This document shows, in pieces, positions 39,588-54,091 of a stretch of DNA of 64,000 bases (its first letter is position 1; each line of letters starts with the position of its first letter). Under the pieces are notes generated by a model that worked only from the letters and a program-made list of their open reading frames with translations, ran no database searches and had not been told where the DNA came from. A program made the position numbers and the translations under genes. This DNA comes from Octopus vulgaris (Eukaryota), in the NCBI GenBank assembly GCA_951406725.2, contig OX597824.1, positions 70,184,001 through 70,248,000 on the forward strand, in the 5' to 3' direction.

Positions 39588-39677
<90 letters not shown>

Positions 39678-39722
39678 GATATATATTTGATATATACATA
39701 TATCTATATATATTTGATATAT

Positions 39723-39771
<49 letters not shown>

Positions 39772-39811
39772 ATATATATTATATACATGTACAATATATA
39801 TATTGCCTATG

Positions 39812-39851
<40 letters not shown>

Positions 39852-39875
39852 CATATATATATATATATACATACA

Positions 39876-39906
<31 letters not shown>

Positions 39907-41224
39907 GCATAATTATTTATATCATATTTATGTATGCAAATATACATATCAATGATTTATTATCCTAAATGTTCTCTTCTGTAATTCTGTAATTATTTAA
40001 TAAATGTTAATTAGAAATTAGAAACTCTTGTTTTTTTCTAATAAAAAAAAATAGGTAAAAAAAAAAAAACAGGTGAAGAAGTCAGTGAAACAGAAATTCA
40101 AATGAAGAATTTTTATCGTCGGCGCTCTGTAAAAGGAAAGATGGTCAAAAAGAAAAGTATATCTCACAGAAATATTCTTTTCCTCATTTCAAAAAAAAAA
40201 AAAATTTGTAAATCAACAAAAGAATGTAAATGAAAAAAAATTTAATTAATAATAATGAAAATAAAATTAAGAAAAATGTTAAAAAAATTATAACATTTTT
40301 TCATTTGTAAACTTTTCATATAAAGATATTTTGTGTGGTATGAAATTTGCGTGTAATCTCCCGTTGTAGTTATATACTGAAGTTATATAATCATGATATA
40401 GAATGATTATATATATATATCTCTGTTGTACATAAACATACATATATATATATACATATATATATATCCGTGTTTATATATAATATGATTTATGCATTTA
40501 TGTGTGTGTGTGTGTCGATATATACATATATAAGGATTTCCTTATTAATGTAAATATATGCAAATTTATACATACAACTATATATATATATGTATAAAGC
40601 ATGTGTGTAGACATGTATATACATTACACACACACATACGACACACCTATACATTTCGATAGAGATGCTTTGTGTGTAAATGATGTCAAGTGGAGAAGGG
40701 ATAAGGGGAAGAGAAGTCAAAGTCCAAACTATGCAAACAGACAAACAAAACAAAACAAATGTAAACAAACCAAAAAGTATTTGTGAAACAAAAAAAATAA
40801 TAATTTCAATAATAATAATAATATATATATATTATATACATATATTTCTGGTCACACATATAGAATCAATGTCAGGGCGGGTGACTTATGTTTGTTACTG
40901 GAGTGTAGAATAGGTTATGTTAGTTATATGTATACAGATGAAGTTTAATCTGTCCTGTTGCACTTAACAACTGACTGATTCTTTTATAGAAATGGTAAGG
41001 TAAACCAGTTCAAAGAAAAATATATTCATGTATGTTATTTGAGAGGGAGAAAGAGAGAGGGAGAGAGACATGGGATTAACAGGCACTCTGTAATGTCATT
41101 TGTAATGCAGGACTGCCAAGTAAGCAATATACAGATATATATATATATATATACACATTATATATGATTCAACCCATTAGTTGGGCAGCCTGTTGTTCTG
41201 GTGCTTGCAAAGTGAAATATCACG

Positions 41225-41266
<42 letters not shown>

Positions 41267-43389
41267 GTATGTATGTATGCATGTATTTATGTATATCCTA
41301 CAACTGCTTTTTTTATATAAAGTTCTGGAATGTTTGAATTTTTCTTTTTTACTTTGTTATATGTTGTTGCTGTTTTTTGTTAATGAAGTACTTGCTATCA
41401 TTGCAATTTTTGTTGTTGTTTCTGGATGTTTTGTTTTTCATTTTGTTTTACAATAGATTCCTTGAATTAATTTTTTTAAAATTAAAATCAGAACAACAGC
41501 AAATATTAATGGATGGGGAGGGGGAATCAATAATAAATAATATATTTTGTAAAAAAAAAAAACAAAAGGAAAACAGGTGTTGTAAATTGTTTTAGTAGTA
41601 GTAGTAATAGTAGCAGCACCCAACCTGGATTTTAGAAAACGAATAATGGTGATGATAACAATGAGGATGGTAGTGGTGGTGGTACTCTTAGTGACAATAA
41701 TGGTGATAGTGAAATGATGTGGATGGTTAGGGAATTGCGTGTTTGTTTATTTTATATCAGTTGGAAGGAGTTCACTATTTTAACAGTTTTATTTGGCATT
41801 GTTATTGTAATTATTATTATTATTATTATTATTATTGTTATTGTTGATGCGATTAAATATTATCTTTAGAAGCACTATTCATTAGGGGCATACACACACA
41901 CACACAACACATATATATATAATGATGGATTTTGCCAATTCACTGCTTGAACATCCATATATATGTATATATATATATATATAAGAAACAGAAGTGCTCA
42001 ATATACATTGTAGAGTAGATTTTTTACAAGTTGATGACTTGACTCGTTACATCACTACTCAATTTGTGTTGGTAAAGCAGCACACAAACACATATATATA
42101 CATCCATAGATGGTGACAGTTTGAAGAATAAATCCTCCTTACTAGAAGTAGAATATAAATAATTCAATTTGGCTGTCTAGAACCAAACTAGCAAAAACTA
42201 CTGGTTCTAGCAAGATGCAGGATATCTGCATTTTCAATTGACCAATTTGGTTTAAAACACAGTCATAGATATACACATATATATGCCTGTATGTATGTGT
42301 GTATGTCTGTGTGTGTACATATATATATATATTTATAATATAATATAATTGATGGAAGCTACATTTTTATTCGAACACTCATAGGTTGTTAGTACACCTT
42401 ATGTATGAATCACACAACTATGAGATAATGTCACAAAATAATTCATTGTGATTCTTGTCAATTATATTATAATATACTCAGTGAACCTGGCATTGAGTGC
42501 TCTTGTCTCATACATGACAATCACAAAATTTAAGCTATATACACACATGTGTATATATCTATGTATGGATATTCTATGGGGTTATTGTGTATGTATATAT
42601 GCATGTTCTTTGATCATGGGATAGATGGTGGAGAAGTCAGACTAAATATACATTTTGTCATGTATGCTGAGCTTCTGTTACAGTCAGCATTTCTGAGTTC
42701 AAGTCTTGCTGGAGGTGATTGGTCTTCACTCCAGGTGTCACTCACAAATAAATAAATAAATATATAAAGATTCCAATAATATACTGGATAGTCAGTGGGA
42801 TTAAATAGTTTTATATCCTGGTGTTGGATATATTTTAATGAAGGAGGGGAAAAAAAACTATTCTCATGACGCACTATGATTACTATTACACGAGGTTAAG
42901 CGCTCTCTGCCGATGGCTCACAGTTCTGTATTCTATAGTAATATGTCAGTCCACTTTTAGTCACATGTGGGTGGCTGAAATCTTTTCACAGAAAAGCTTC
43001 TACCATGTATACACACACTTCAAAGCAGGTCTTTCTGCCTAGTAAAATGAATCAGTTATGTTAAGCAACTATTTCGACAGTTGTTCTTGGTATTATTACA
43101 AAACCTCAATTCTTTTTGGAAATTCTATGTATGTTAAGGGTTCATTTGGAAAAAGAAGAGTAGTCCCTAAAAGTGCTTTTCACTAAGAAGGTACAAGGAA
43201 GTGGGTGGCTTATCTTCAGCCTTGAGATCTCAACTACCTAGATCAACCTTGGTTTTTATATTTCTAAGGACAAAGTACTTAAAGTGCACCTGTCAGGTAC
43301 TAAGGTTGATATAATTAACTGTACCCTCTCCACAAAATTCCTAGCTTTCTACCCATATTATAATTATTAGTAGTATTGGTATAGTATTA

Positions 43390-44240
43390 CTAAAGCAGTG
43401 AGCTTGCAGAATTGTTAGCATGCTGGACAAAAGGCTTAACATTCCTTCCACCTATACATTCTGAGTTCAAATATTGGCAAGGTTGATTTGCCTTTTATTT
43501 TTTCAGGGCTGATAAAATGAGCTCAAGTTGAATACTGGGCCGATGATAGAAAGAATGGCTATTATTATCATAGATTAAGAGAGTGACACAGATATACAAA
43601 GCCCATTATGCCCATCATAACTACCCATCTGGTAAGTGTACACCAGGCACATGCATCACAACCATATGTGCACGACATGGTGATCTCATATCAAGATAAA
43701 CAGCACATGACCTTGCAAGTGGGGCCCAGTTAGAATTTTCATCAGATAGAGTTAGGAAGGGCATCCAGCCGTAGAAACACTGCCAGATTTGACTGGGCCT
43801 GATGAAGCCTTCTGGCTTCACAGACCCCAGCAGAACCGTCCAACCCATGCTAGCATGGAAAACGGACGCTAAATGATGATGATGATGATGATGAGAGTAG
43901 CCCACCCTGCTCAAAAGGTCCCTTGTTTAAGGATAATGAACAAAATACCCATATTTACAGAGGTGGATTATTCAAACCCCACAGAATTCCTCTCAACACA
44001 TGGCTATGATGCTCCCCCACTACTTCTGTTCATGATCAGAGATGCAAATATTGTTAGCCAAGGGATATGCTCATCTAGTTAAGGTTAAACAACTGACAAA
44101 GCAAATCTGTGGTATTGAGCAGAATATTTGCTGTAGCCCATCTTTTTAAACAAAGACAAAACATGTATATGACAACACTTCCAATCAGTTAAGATCAGAA
44201 GCCATGAGGGCCAGTGCCTGGTATTGCAAAAGGGCATTTA
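43390..44240 (+). mobile_element. Cluster of old retroposons, including a SINE 3' part with RTE-type tail (43750-43892)
   Basis: CpG-decayed family A copy (~43390-43560). gttaggaagggcatccagccgtagaaac...ccaacccatgctagcatggaaaacggacgctaaa(tga)n. Confidence 0.65.
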
Positions 44241-46928
44241 TTAATATAATTATAATAATTATTATTATTATTACTACTACTACTACTATTATTATTATTA
44301 TTATTATCATCATATCAACAAAGGTTTATACATCAGTACAGAAATGCCTAGGGATTTAACAATATGTTCTGCCTCAAATCTCAAAAACCTTCAGGATAGA
44401 AACCGAAAATTCTAGTTACTTGCAACACCCATAATTGGGGCTTTGTCATACTCTCTCTCTCTGTCTCTCGTTCTCTCTCTCTCTCTCCCTATCTCAGTCC
44501 CATAAACAGTACACTCATGATTTGGAGTGAACTTAATATTGGTGCTTTTTATATATTGTTCCGATATTAAAAGGTTGCAAAATATTTCATGCATATGTAG
44601 GTCATTATGCTGCCCCTCTCTTATATCATGCCAACCCCTGACTGAGCAGGCCCTCAAAAGTCTGTTTTCTGTTTTTACTTTTGCTTTTAGCTCCAGTTCA
44701 ACAGGAATCAAAAGTATTCCAGCTGTAACCACTTTGTCTCCTTTAGGTCAAGGGACATGTAATACCTAGGGACTAACTCATCTGTCTGATGCGTCTTTTC
44801 CTTCTCTAAGACAACACTGTGTGATCTGAGGGAGATTTAGTTACTATTACTTATAGCCAGAGTAATGAAGCAAAGATTTGTTTTTAGACATCATATTATT
44901 GTCACTATCATCCCTGGTCTGCCAGACATTCATATGTGAGAAGACATTTCAGCCATAAGTCATCTATTTGTCTACATCTAGAACTAACATTAACCTGTAG
45001 TTTGAGCAATCCTTTTTGCCTTCAATATTTTTTTTTTTTATGAGCATGATTTGGCTGCTATTTCTAGCAGATTTAATGGCTAGAGACATCCTCATTTCTT
45101 TGGCATTTATTATTATTATTATTATTGTTGTTATTATTATTATTATTATTATTATTACACAAAGCACTAGCCATGGACTGGAGTTGATAGTTTCAACTAA
45201 GCCCCACCTCCAAAATTTCAAGAATTACGTTCATGTTGCTGGCATTATGATCAGTATTATTATTGCTGTTGTGGTTGTTGTTCAGAATATGGTAGCATGT
45301 CCTAACATTCTGAGTTCAATTCCCACTGAAGTCAGTATTGACTTTCATCTCTCGGCAGGGTTTTATAAAGGCAATACCAGTAATATACTGGTATTCATTT
45401 ATCATCAGCTGCCAGGTGGATGGGTGGGGTTGTGAAGTGTTAATGAATGTAAAGGATTTTCTAGTTACCAATAAAACATTGCCACCCCTCTATACCCATT
45501 TAATCAATCCAGTATCCTCCTACCCAACCTACACAACAAGCCACCACCACCATCACCATGATTAACATCAAATATTTATGCCATGGATCATATTTTAGAG
45601 ATCACAAGACTTCAAAATTTTCTATTTTACAATATTGTTTGAATTAGTGGAGGCTTAGAGTCGAGTGGTTATGGCTGTCTCGAGCAAACTACGATTTGTG
45701 GGACCCTTAACGAAAATTGAATTTTATTTTTTAGTAATGCAGCCCGCCTGATGACGAGCCATGTCTTATGCAGCTTGCCCCTTCAAAAAGCCTGCCCATG
45801 TCTGGATTAGGGTGATGCACTCGTGATTAAAAGATCATGGTTTCAATTGCCAACCAGATGGTGCATTGTCTTTATGAGCAAAAAAACAAAAAATTCACTT
45901 AATTTCACATTAACCCAGTCCATTGAGCTGTAAATAAGTTCCAACAATATTTGGGAAGTTAACATTGTGATGGACTGGTGACCTGTCGAGGGAGGAGTCT
46001 TGCAATTTCAGTCATTTAAACACCATGGAGATTCATAAGCTCTGGTCTTACAAGTCCTAGGGCTTAGGGTTTATGACAGCTAAATCCCAAGTCAATTTAA
46101 ATTAATCTCCAAGTGCAAAATCCCACCCCACCAAAACACAAAAACAAAAAAGTAGAAAAACATACATTCCCTGCCCGCTGAAACAAAACGAAAAAAAAAA
46201 TCAATAACAAATGGAATGGGTCATTGTTGGAATGTGGTGAGAAGAATTCAAAAGAAGATTCTAATTTCACATTCTGATACTGCAGGGTGCTGATTGAGGA
46301 TTTGAGATGTGTTTACTGCTGTCTTAATGCATGAGCACATTGGACAGTTGCCCGGGGTCATAACAAGTCTAAGGGCTCAATTATGATTGATGTATGCTGT
46401 AGCTTGTAGTCAAATAAATAAATATTACAGGGCCCTGTATATTGAACTGACCAAGGACTTTATGGGTCTAACACCCTAATTCTGATCTATGCATGTTGTG
46501 GCTCGCTGTCAATAAACAAATATTATAGGATCCAATACATCGATTTGTCCAGGGACCTATATTGCTACTAAAACAGTCCCAGGTCTGCTTACCTATTCAC
46601 CTAACAATTATACACACAGGAATGATTCAGTGGTTAAGAAATTCAGTTTGCAACCATGAGGTCTCAAATTCAATTCCACTGGATGGTATCTTGGGCAAGT
46701 AGCTTTGATTTCAGTTCTTGGGATTCCTGAAAACTCCTGTGGGTGAGATTAGGTTGACAGAAATGGTTATTAGGTGAGCCTGAACCAATGACCAAGACGT
46801 TTAAAAAATAAGTTAGCTAGATATGTCATGACAAAGCAGCCGATTCCCCCTCAAAATGCCCCCATCAGTAGAACCCTGTTACACTGACACAATATTCAGA
46901 CAACTGCTGGGTACCCACTGATCATAAC

Positions 46929-46980
<52 letters not shown>

Positions 46981-47024
46981 TGATAATAATAATAATAATT
47001 ATAAATAACAATAATGATAATTAT

Positions 47025-47250
47025 TTCAAATTTTGGCACAGGGCCAACAGTTTTTCTTAGCAAAGGGGGAAAAAATCAATTATATCTACCCTAGTACATG
47101 ACAAGAACTTTATTTCATCAACATCCGAAATGTAGAAAAAATACAAAGTCAACCTCAGTGGAATTTGAACTCAGAATGTAAAGCACCAGAAGAAGCGTCA
47201 CTAATCATTTTTCTCTGACATGCAATTGATCCTGCCAGCTTACCACCTTA
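47025..47250 (-). mobile_element. SINE family A, CpG-decayed
   Basis: caaagtcaacctcagtggaatttgaactcagaatgtaaag; a similar copy lies at ~51015-51210. Confidence 0.7.
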
Positions 47251-47284
47251 ATAACAACAACAATAACAATAATAAATAATAATA

Positions 47285-47317
<33 letters not shown>

Positions 47318-47545
47318 TTGAAATCTAGAGACTGATGAAGAAAACAGTAAAAATGATGATGATGAGGAGGAGGAGAAGGATGGTGGTGGTCGTCATCATG
47401 ATTTTGATGATGGGTTGATTGACTTTAGAAACCAGTATATTCAGTTAGAAAATTAGGATGTGTTGCTTGTCTTATGTATATTTTATATTTTTATCGCTTA
47501 ACATTAACACATATATATATGTGAGTATACATATATATACGTGAG

Positions 47546-47595
<50 letters not shown>

Positions 47596-48292
47596 TATAA
47601 ATATATATGTATATTATTGTTATGTTTATTTATTTTAAATATTATATGCAGTCTGTTTGCTATGTCATGTCCCCCTTCATCCACACTCCCTTTCGATGAC
47701 AATTTTCATTATGCTTTGATTCATAAAATAATTTATATGTGTATATATGTGTATACATACATACTTATATACATACATATATATATGTATAGATCGATAA
47801 ATACACATATATTTGCTGACTATATTAAACTCATGTATTCATACATACAACATATATGTATATGCATATATATATGTAATTATATACATACATATATGTG
47901 TGTGTGTGTATCCACTCACAAGTGCACCTTCAGGGACAATTTTGGTTTGCACCTGTGAGACATAAGTCTAGTGAATTCTCAAATTTGTAAGGTAAACTAT
48001 AGCATTGGTCTATCCGGCATGCGTATCTTATACTGCGAGGGTTATTCTGAGGAGTTTCCAACTAGTTACACCAATATCCCATTCCATACCACTGCCAGTC
48101 AACAAAGCTAATCAGTCATCACAATCAAATTATGTATCGTTTATTAGATTACATGTTTATGAATTTTTACAGTGGAAAAGTCTGGCAGTGACCCTGAAAA
48201 CCGAGCTTGCTTTGCCGTCATCAGAATGCCTGATGAAGGCGAGTAATCTGAAACTTCTCAGACACTACCAAGCTTTTTCCTCGTAAAATTTA

Positions 48293-48326
<34 letters not shown>

Positions 48327-48583
48327 ATGTAATGATATTATGCTGTAGTTTATTCATCTAACACATTGAAAATGTGTGTGTCGAGAAAAGATATATATTA
48401 TTTTTTTAACATGCAGATATATATATATATATGTATACACACACACATATGCACACACACATACACACACACATACATTCATGCACACAGAATTATATAC
48501 ATACATGCATGTGTATAAATAGATAGATGGGATATTATTATGCGATATGAATACACATTATTGTATGTAAAATAAAATTGAAT

Positions 48584-48617
<34 letters not shown>

Positions 48618-49056
48618 GTATAAATTTAGATTTTATAGATGTTATATATTTTACAGATACACCTGTACATATACATGCATATTTTATACATACATACAAG
48701 TGTTGTCAAATTATTTTTTCTTATTATATTTACATAACTGAATTAGCATATACATAAATGTATATTTGTGATCAAATTGGGTTACATAAACTTATTGTTC
48801 TTCATGTAGGTTTAATGTATGTCAACATGTATACATTTTTGAAATGATCCATTGTCTTTTGAGTTATCATCGTGATTGTGGGATGTTGTTTGTATTATAC
48901 ATATATATATATACATATGTATATATATATAATTATTTATAGAGGAAATGATATATGAATATGCTTATGTGTATGCGTGTGAGCAGATACACACATATGC
49001 ACTTAAATCAGTTAATACACCCAACGTGGTCGGCCCTGCTTCGTTCACATGGTTCC

Positions 49057-49088
<32 letters not shown>

Positions 49089-49440
49089 CAAAAAGTCTGT
49101 GATATGAAAGAAAAAAAAAATTGGTCCATATATATCTTAGCATGTGACTGACTTTGGACATCAGTTTGCTTATCTTTTGAGCAGCTCCGTTATATTTATA
49201 TTTATTCCTTAATTTTTTTAATTTTAGGTTAATTTTTGCTTCATTCATTTCTATTATATATATATATTATATCATATATATATATATATAAATATACATA
49301 ATTTTTCTATTTCTGAAGAATTTCTAATAAGAAATGCCTTACATGTCTTATCTAACATGTAAATCTTTGTAATTCCTATTAGCAAATGAAACATGTGTAA
49401 TGGAGAATAAATAATAACCAAAAAATTTCCACTTTCCTGT

Positions 49441-49495
<55 letters not shown>

Positions 49496-49831
49496 CGCAC
49501 ATAAACACACACACACATATATATACATATGTATATAAACTGACATACATACACAGCGTGTTTAAGAAACCATCAGTTGGGTACAGGATATGCATGTAAG
49601 TATATTGTATTTTGATTTTCATTCAAAGAATAGGACTGGTTCAATGAAACAGGAGTGTCTTTAAACCGTGAACTTTATTCAAACTGTAAACATAATAACA
49701 AGGACCAAGTTCCTTGTGAAATTTCTTAGTAAAATTTCTGTCTTATAAATTGTTTCGTCATAAACTAAAATATATATATGTGTATGCGTGTTTTGTGTGA
49801 GTATGTTTGTGCATGTGGGTGTGTCTGCATG

Positions 49832-50028
<197 letters not shown>

Positions 50029-50097
50029 GTATATATATATTCACATAATCATGTTTTTTACCACCTTGATTGTCTCTCTCTCTCTTTCTCACTCACA

Positions 50098-50128
<31 letters not shown>

Positions 50129-51476
50129 GACGAAGCTCTTTCAAAGATGTTATGGAATGCTGTCACAACAACAATAACTAATATAATGAAACAAAACAAT
50201 AACAACAAAGAAAAGAAAACAAACACAAAACAAGACACATTCAAAGAAACCCACAAACAAAAAAAAAATTAATGTTAAAAAAAAACAATAAAAAAACTTG
50301 TGAATTCCGAATGTAAAATGCAACAGTGCACTTGTAAAGTTGATGCAATTGGTTGCATTTGGCATTCTTCGTCTGATTTGGGACAATTCTGAATGCAGAG
50401 GAGGAGAAAAAAAGATGTAAAGAAAATTATAAGAAAATAAATTAAAATAAAATAAAAACAAAAGAGAAACAATTATGGAATGTTTGGGTCATAAATTATT
50501 GTATGTGTATAGTGTTAGTCAACATGTGTATACATATATATATGTATACACAAACATATATATACATGTTGATGAGAGGGTAATCGTGCAATATATACAT
50601 ACATGTATATTACATGATGTTCATATTGATGCTTACACACACACACACACACATATATATGCAAATACAGAATGTAGATATATACATATATATATATAGG
50701 TCATAATATATATGTATATATCTGAAATCTGTTGACAAATTTATTGTGAAATAAATAAAAAATTACTTCCAGGAACCCAATTTTTTAAAACATTCTTTTG
50801 TTTTGCATTTTGTAGTTTCTGATTTTAACAGCTTGTGACATAATAATAATAATAATAGTTGTTGTTGTTGTATTGCTTCCTCTTCTTTTTACCACATCTC
50901 TCCCTCTTCCTCCTTCCCCCTATCTCTTTCTCTCTTTATATACTCTTATGTTACTATCCTTCCAGAGTCTCTCTTTCACCTCGCTTTAAGACTGTCCCAG
51001 CTATTCATATTTGGTTTTAAATTTTGGAACAAAGCCAGGAATTTTGGGGAAAGAGCCATGTCAATTAAATGATCAAATCAACTCCAGTACACAACCGGTA
51101 CTTATTTTATTGACCCTGAAATGATAAAAAGCAATGTTGCCTCAGTGGAGTTTGAACACAGAATGCAGAGACGGATAGCGTGCTAACAAAATTCTGCCTG
51201 CTTACTGCCACCTTGTCAGTTCCTCATACTAAGACACTCAACCCAATCCTCTTACTAGGAATTGTTGTTACAGCTGTTTTCTAATGTATCTGTTGTGTAT
51301 GTGTCTGTATGTGTGTGTCCCTGTCCATACTGTGGAAGGTCATAAGCTTGAAACATTAAAGACTTCTTCCAGTTTTCTTCAAGCATCAGACTGATACACT
51401 GTTTGTTATTCTTTTGTTGTCTTCGTATCTTTTAAAAATCTTTGTACTATACATATATATGCACACACACACACAT

Positions 51477-51524
<48 letters not shown>

Positions 51525-51589
51525 GCACAGAAGTAGCACAGAATCTAAATCCAACTGTTTTGAATAATATATATACATATATATATATA

Positions 51590-52172
51590 TGTATATATAT
51601 ATAATGAGAGTGTGTCTTTATTTGAGAGCCTAAGAGTGAATGAAATAGCGAGAGGGTGCGAGAGAGAGAGAGAGAGAAAGAAAGCACAGAGAGATAGAGA
51701 GCTCCCTCTCCTCCTGTGTCACATGATAAGTACTATACGAGTGAGAGACAACAAGGGAGATAATTATATAAACTCCTACACAGTTTTTGTGTCTGGAATG
51801 CACGGATGGTGGGGAGGGCGAATAAAAAACAAAAAAAAAACAAACAAAAACAAATAAGAAGTTCAACAAATTCAAAGACGCCCATATATGGACAAGAATT
51901 ATTGTCGCTCATTATTAGTAGCCGTAGTTGTGATATTAGTAGTGGTGGTTGTAGATGTGGTATTTGTTTGTAGCTGCAGTTGTAGTAGCTGAGTTGAAGT
52001 CGTGATTTCTGAACAAGATGTCTTGGAAAATGTCACATGCTCACTCCCTTTTTCTCTTTTTCTCATCTCTCTCACACACATACATACATACGTACATACA
52101 CACACACTCATATATATCATACACATTCACACAATCCCATGTATGTGAGAGTTAATATGTTTCTATTTTTTC

Positions 52173-52253
<81 letters not shown>

Positions 52254-52585
52254 TATATATACACACATTTGTTTGTCTTTTGTCCTTTCTTTCTTTCTTT
52301 CTTTCATTTCTTTTTTTCTTCTTTTTTTTTTTACCTTTAATTATTTTCATTTTCTGCTCTGCTCGGAATTCAAAAGATAAATAAACAGAAAAAAAAAAAT
52401 TGAAAAAAAAATTAATAATAACAATAATAAAATAAATATTAAAAAAATCATTCCTAAAACTTCTTTTCTTTCATTTCTTTTCTTTTAGTTCGAATCTTCA
52501 TCTCTCCTTTTTGTCTGTTTCTTTGCAATATACTTATTTAAATCATATATATATATATTCATATATATATATATATATATACTAT
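51590..52585 (-). other. pros: Proximal 3' UTR of prospero, with first canonical AATAAA at 51617-51622
   Basis: Follows the TGA. First minus-strand AATAAA found (plus tttatt) is ~965 nt after the stop. The true end is unknown. Confidence 0.55.
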
Positions 52586-52771
52586 TCATGCATCTCCTAG
52601 TTGTTCCATCCAATTTGGAGATTTGAAAAATTCAGGCAACGTATCATCCATGCGAGAGATAATTTTGTAGATAGCTTTCTTCCATGACTGTTCCGAATCT
52701 TTACCACTTGAAATAGCCTTGAAGAATTCTCTCAGTGTTGCCTGCACTACTATTCGGAAGTTTTCTGGAAC
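52586..52771 (-). CDS. pros: Terminal coding exon of prospero/PROX homeobox transcription factor (C-terminal Prospero domain), 61 aa + stop
   Basis: Minus strand reads ...ctcttttcattgtttccag|GTT CCA GAA... = [64 protein letters not shown]. It matches the Prospero-domain C-terminus of Drosophila Pros and vertebrate PROX1 (VP..F..V...TLREFF.AI..GKD...SWKK.IYK.I...D...PE.FKSPN). Canonical pyrimidine tract and AG acceptor at 52772-52773, phase 0, 186 nt. Confidence 0.96.
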   Translation of the reverse strand, partial: VPENFRIVVQATLREFFKAISSGKDSEQSWKKAIYKIISRMDDTLPEFFKSPNWMEQLGDA

Positions 52772-52789
52772 CTGGAAACAATGAAAAGA

Positions 52790-52833
<44 letters not shown>

Positions 52834-52836
<3 letters not shown>

Positions 52837-53100
52837 TTTGACAAGATTAGTAAATATAAAGACCTGCTAATAGAAATTGAAAAAATGTGGCATCTCAAAG
52901 CGACTACAGTACCAGTGATTGTAGGATCTCTAGGAATGATAAAAAAAAGGTACTGAAACCTATTTGAAAAGGATTCCAAGCTCACCATCCCTACAGGAAG
53001 TGCAAAAAGTCGTATTAACTGGAACGGCTCATGTACTGAGAAGAGCATTATTGCTGTGAAAACAACATCCATCCATGAATTTATTTATTTATTAATTTTT
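52834..53100 (+). mobile_element. 5'-truncated RLE-type LINE (R4/Dong-like) 3' fragment next to (TAA)n
   Basis: [35 protein letters not shown] / TETYLKRIPSSPSLQEVQKVVLTGTAHVLRRAL: K..KY.DL and P.IVG.LG motifs of the restriction-like endonuclease C-terminus. Confidence 0.8.
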
Positions 53101-53229
53101 AAATACATATTTTATCTGTGAATTTGCATGTGTAATCTGGGAATGCATACAATGAGCTTCTCTGCCCTTAGGTGTATGGAAAACACTCGGCGAGAAATGG
53201 AAGAAAATTTGAAGAAAGAAGGAAAAAAC

Positions 53230-53260
<31 letters not shown>

Positions 53261-53261
53261 T

Positions 53262-53558
53262 AAGACCTGGAAATAGAGGTAACTCGAATGTGGAATCTAA
53301 GAACAGACACAATCCCTATCATAGTAGGCGCATTAGGTATGATAAAAAAATATTCAGACAAATACATAACAAAAACACCAGGACTTACAAACACATATAA
53401 CATACAGAAAATTGCACTACTAGGCACTGCACACATCCTACGCAGAACACTTTCCATACATTAACCATCAGAGCATCACAACAAATCACAGCAAATACCC
53501 AAGGCACACAGAGCTGCGCTCGGTAGTGAAGTGAAAGCACGCTATAAAAATAAAACTA

Positions 53559-53590
<32 letters not shown>
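53262..53590 (+). mobile_element. Second R4/Dong-like LINE 3' fragment flanked by (TAA)n
   Basis: DLEIEVTRMWNLRTDTIPIIVGALGMIKKYSDKYITKTPGLTNTYNIQKIALLGTAHILRRTLSIH-stop, then 3' UTR. TAA repeats on both sides. Confidence 0.85.
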
Positions 53591-53593
<3 letters not shown>

Positions 53594-53749
53594 TGATGAT
53601 GGGCATATAACAACATGATGACTGCCTTAACAATCTATCATGGCAAATGCTGGACAGAAGGGTCACACAGGAGAGCTAGGGAGAAGGGGAGATAATAAAG
53701 TGGTGGTGATCCCAAAACGAAGGTGTGCGTGTGTATAAGAGAGTTTGTA

Positions 53750-53802
<53 letters not shown>

Positions 53803-54091
53803 GTGTATACACACACATACACATATTACATCTATGTATGTATGCATAGTGTTGTAATATTTTTCATGCCGCAACTACCAACACTATCACTGCTACTACA
53901 ATTATACAAACAGGAAAATGAAAGCCCAGAGAAAAAAAGAGAGCACCACCTCTACTGCCAACACTACTGCTAACACTACCATCATCACCACTACCACTGC
54001 AGCAATGCAGACACACACAAAAAAGGAAAAAAGAAACAAAACCAGATGGTTGTGGGTGGGGTGGCTGGATGCCCAAAGAGCAAGCAGCAAA

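Noticed and set aside
40968-41005. Tiny exon candidate (ctgac...ttcttttatag|aaatg|gtaagg)
   Set aside because: A length of 5 or 10 nt is frame-shifting and there is no host ORF, so chance is likely.
43798-43830. CTGATGA-AGCC-TTCT-GGCT as a hammerhead
   Set aside because: The stem is followed by TCAC rather than GAAA, and it lies within a SINE body.
45745-45800. CTGATGA motif as a hammerhead or snoRNA box
   Set aside because: No matching GAAA or stems; it looks like part of a DNA-transposon remnant.
51882-51891. Perfect CArG boxes CCATATATGG (also 7924-7933)
   Set aside because: They arise easily in TA-repeat-rich DNA and have no supporting context.
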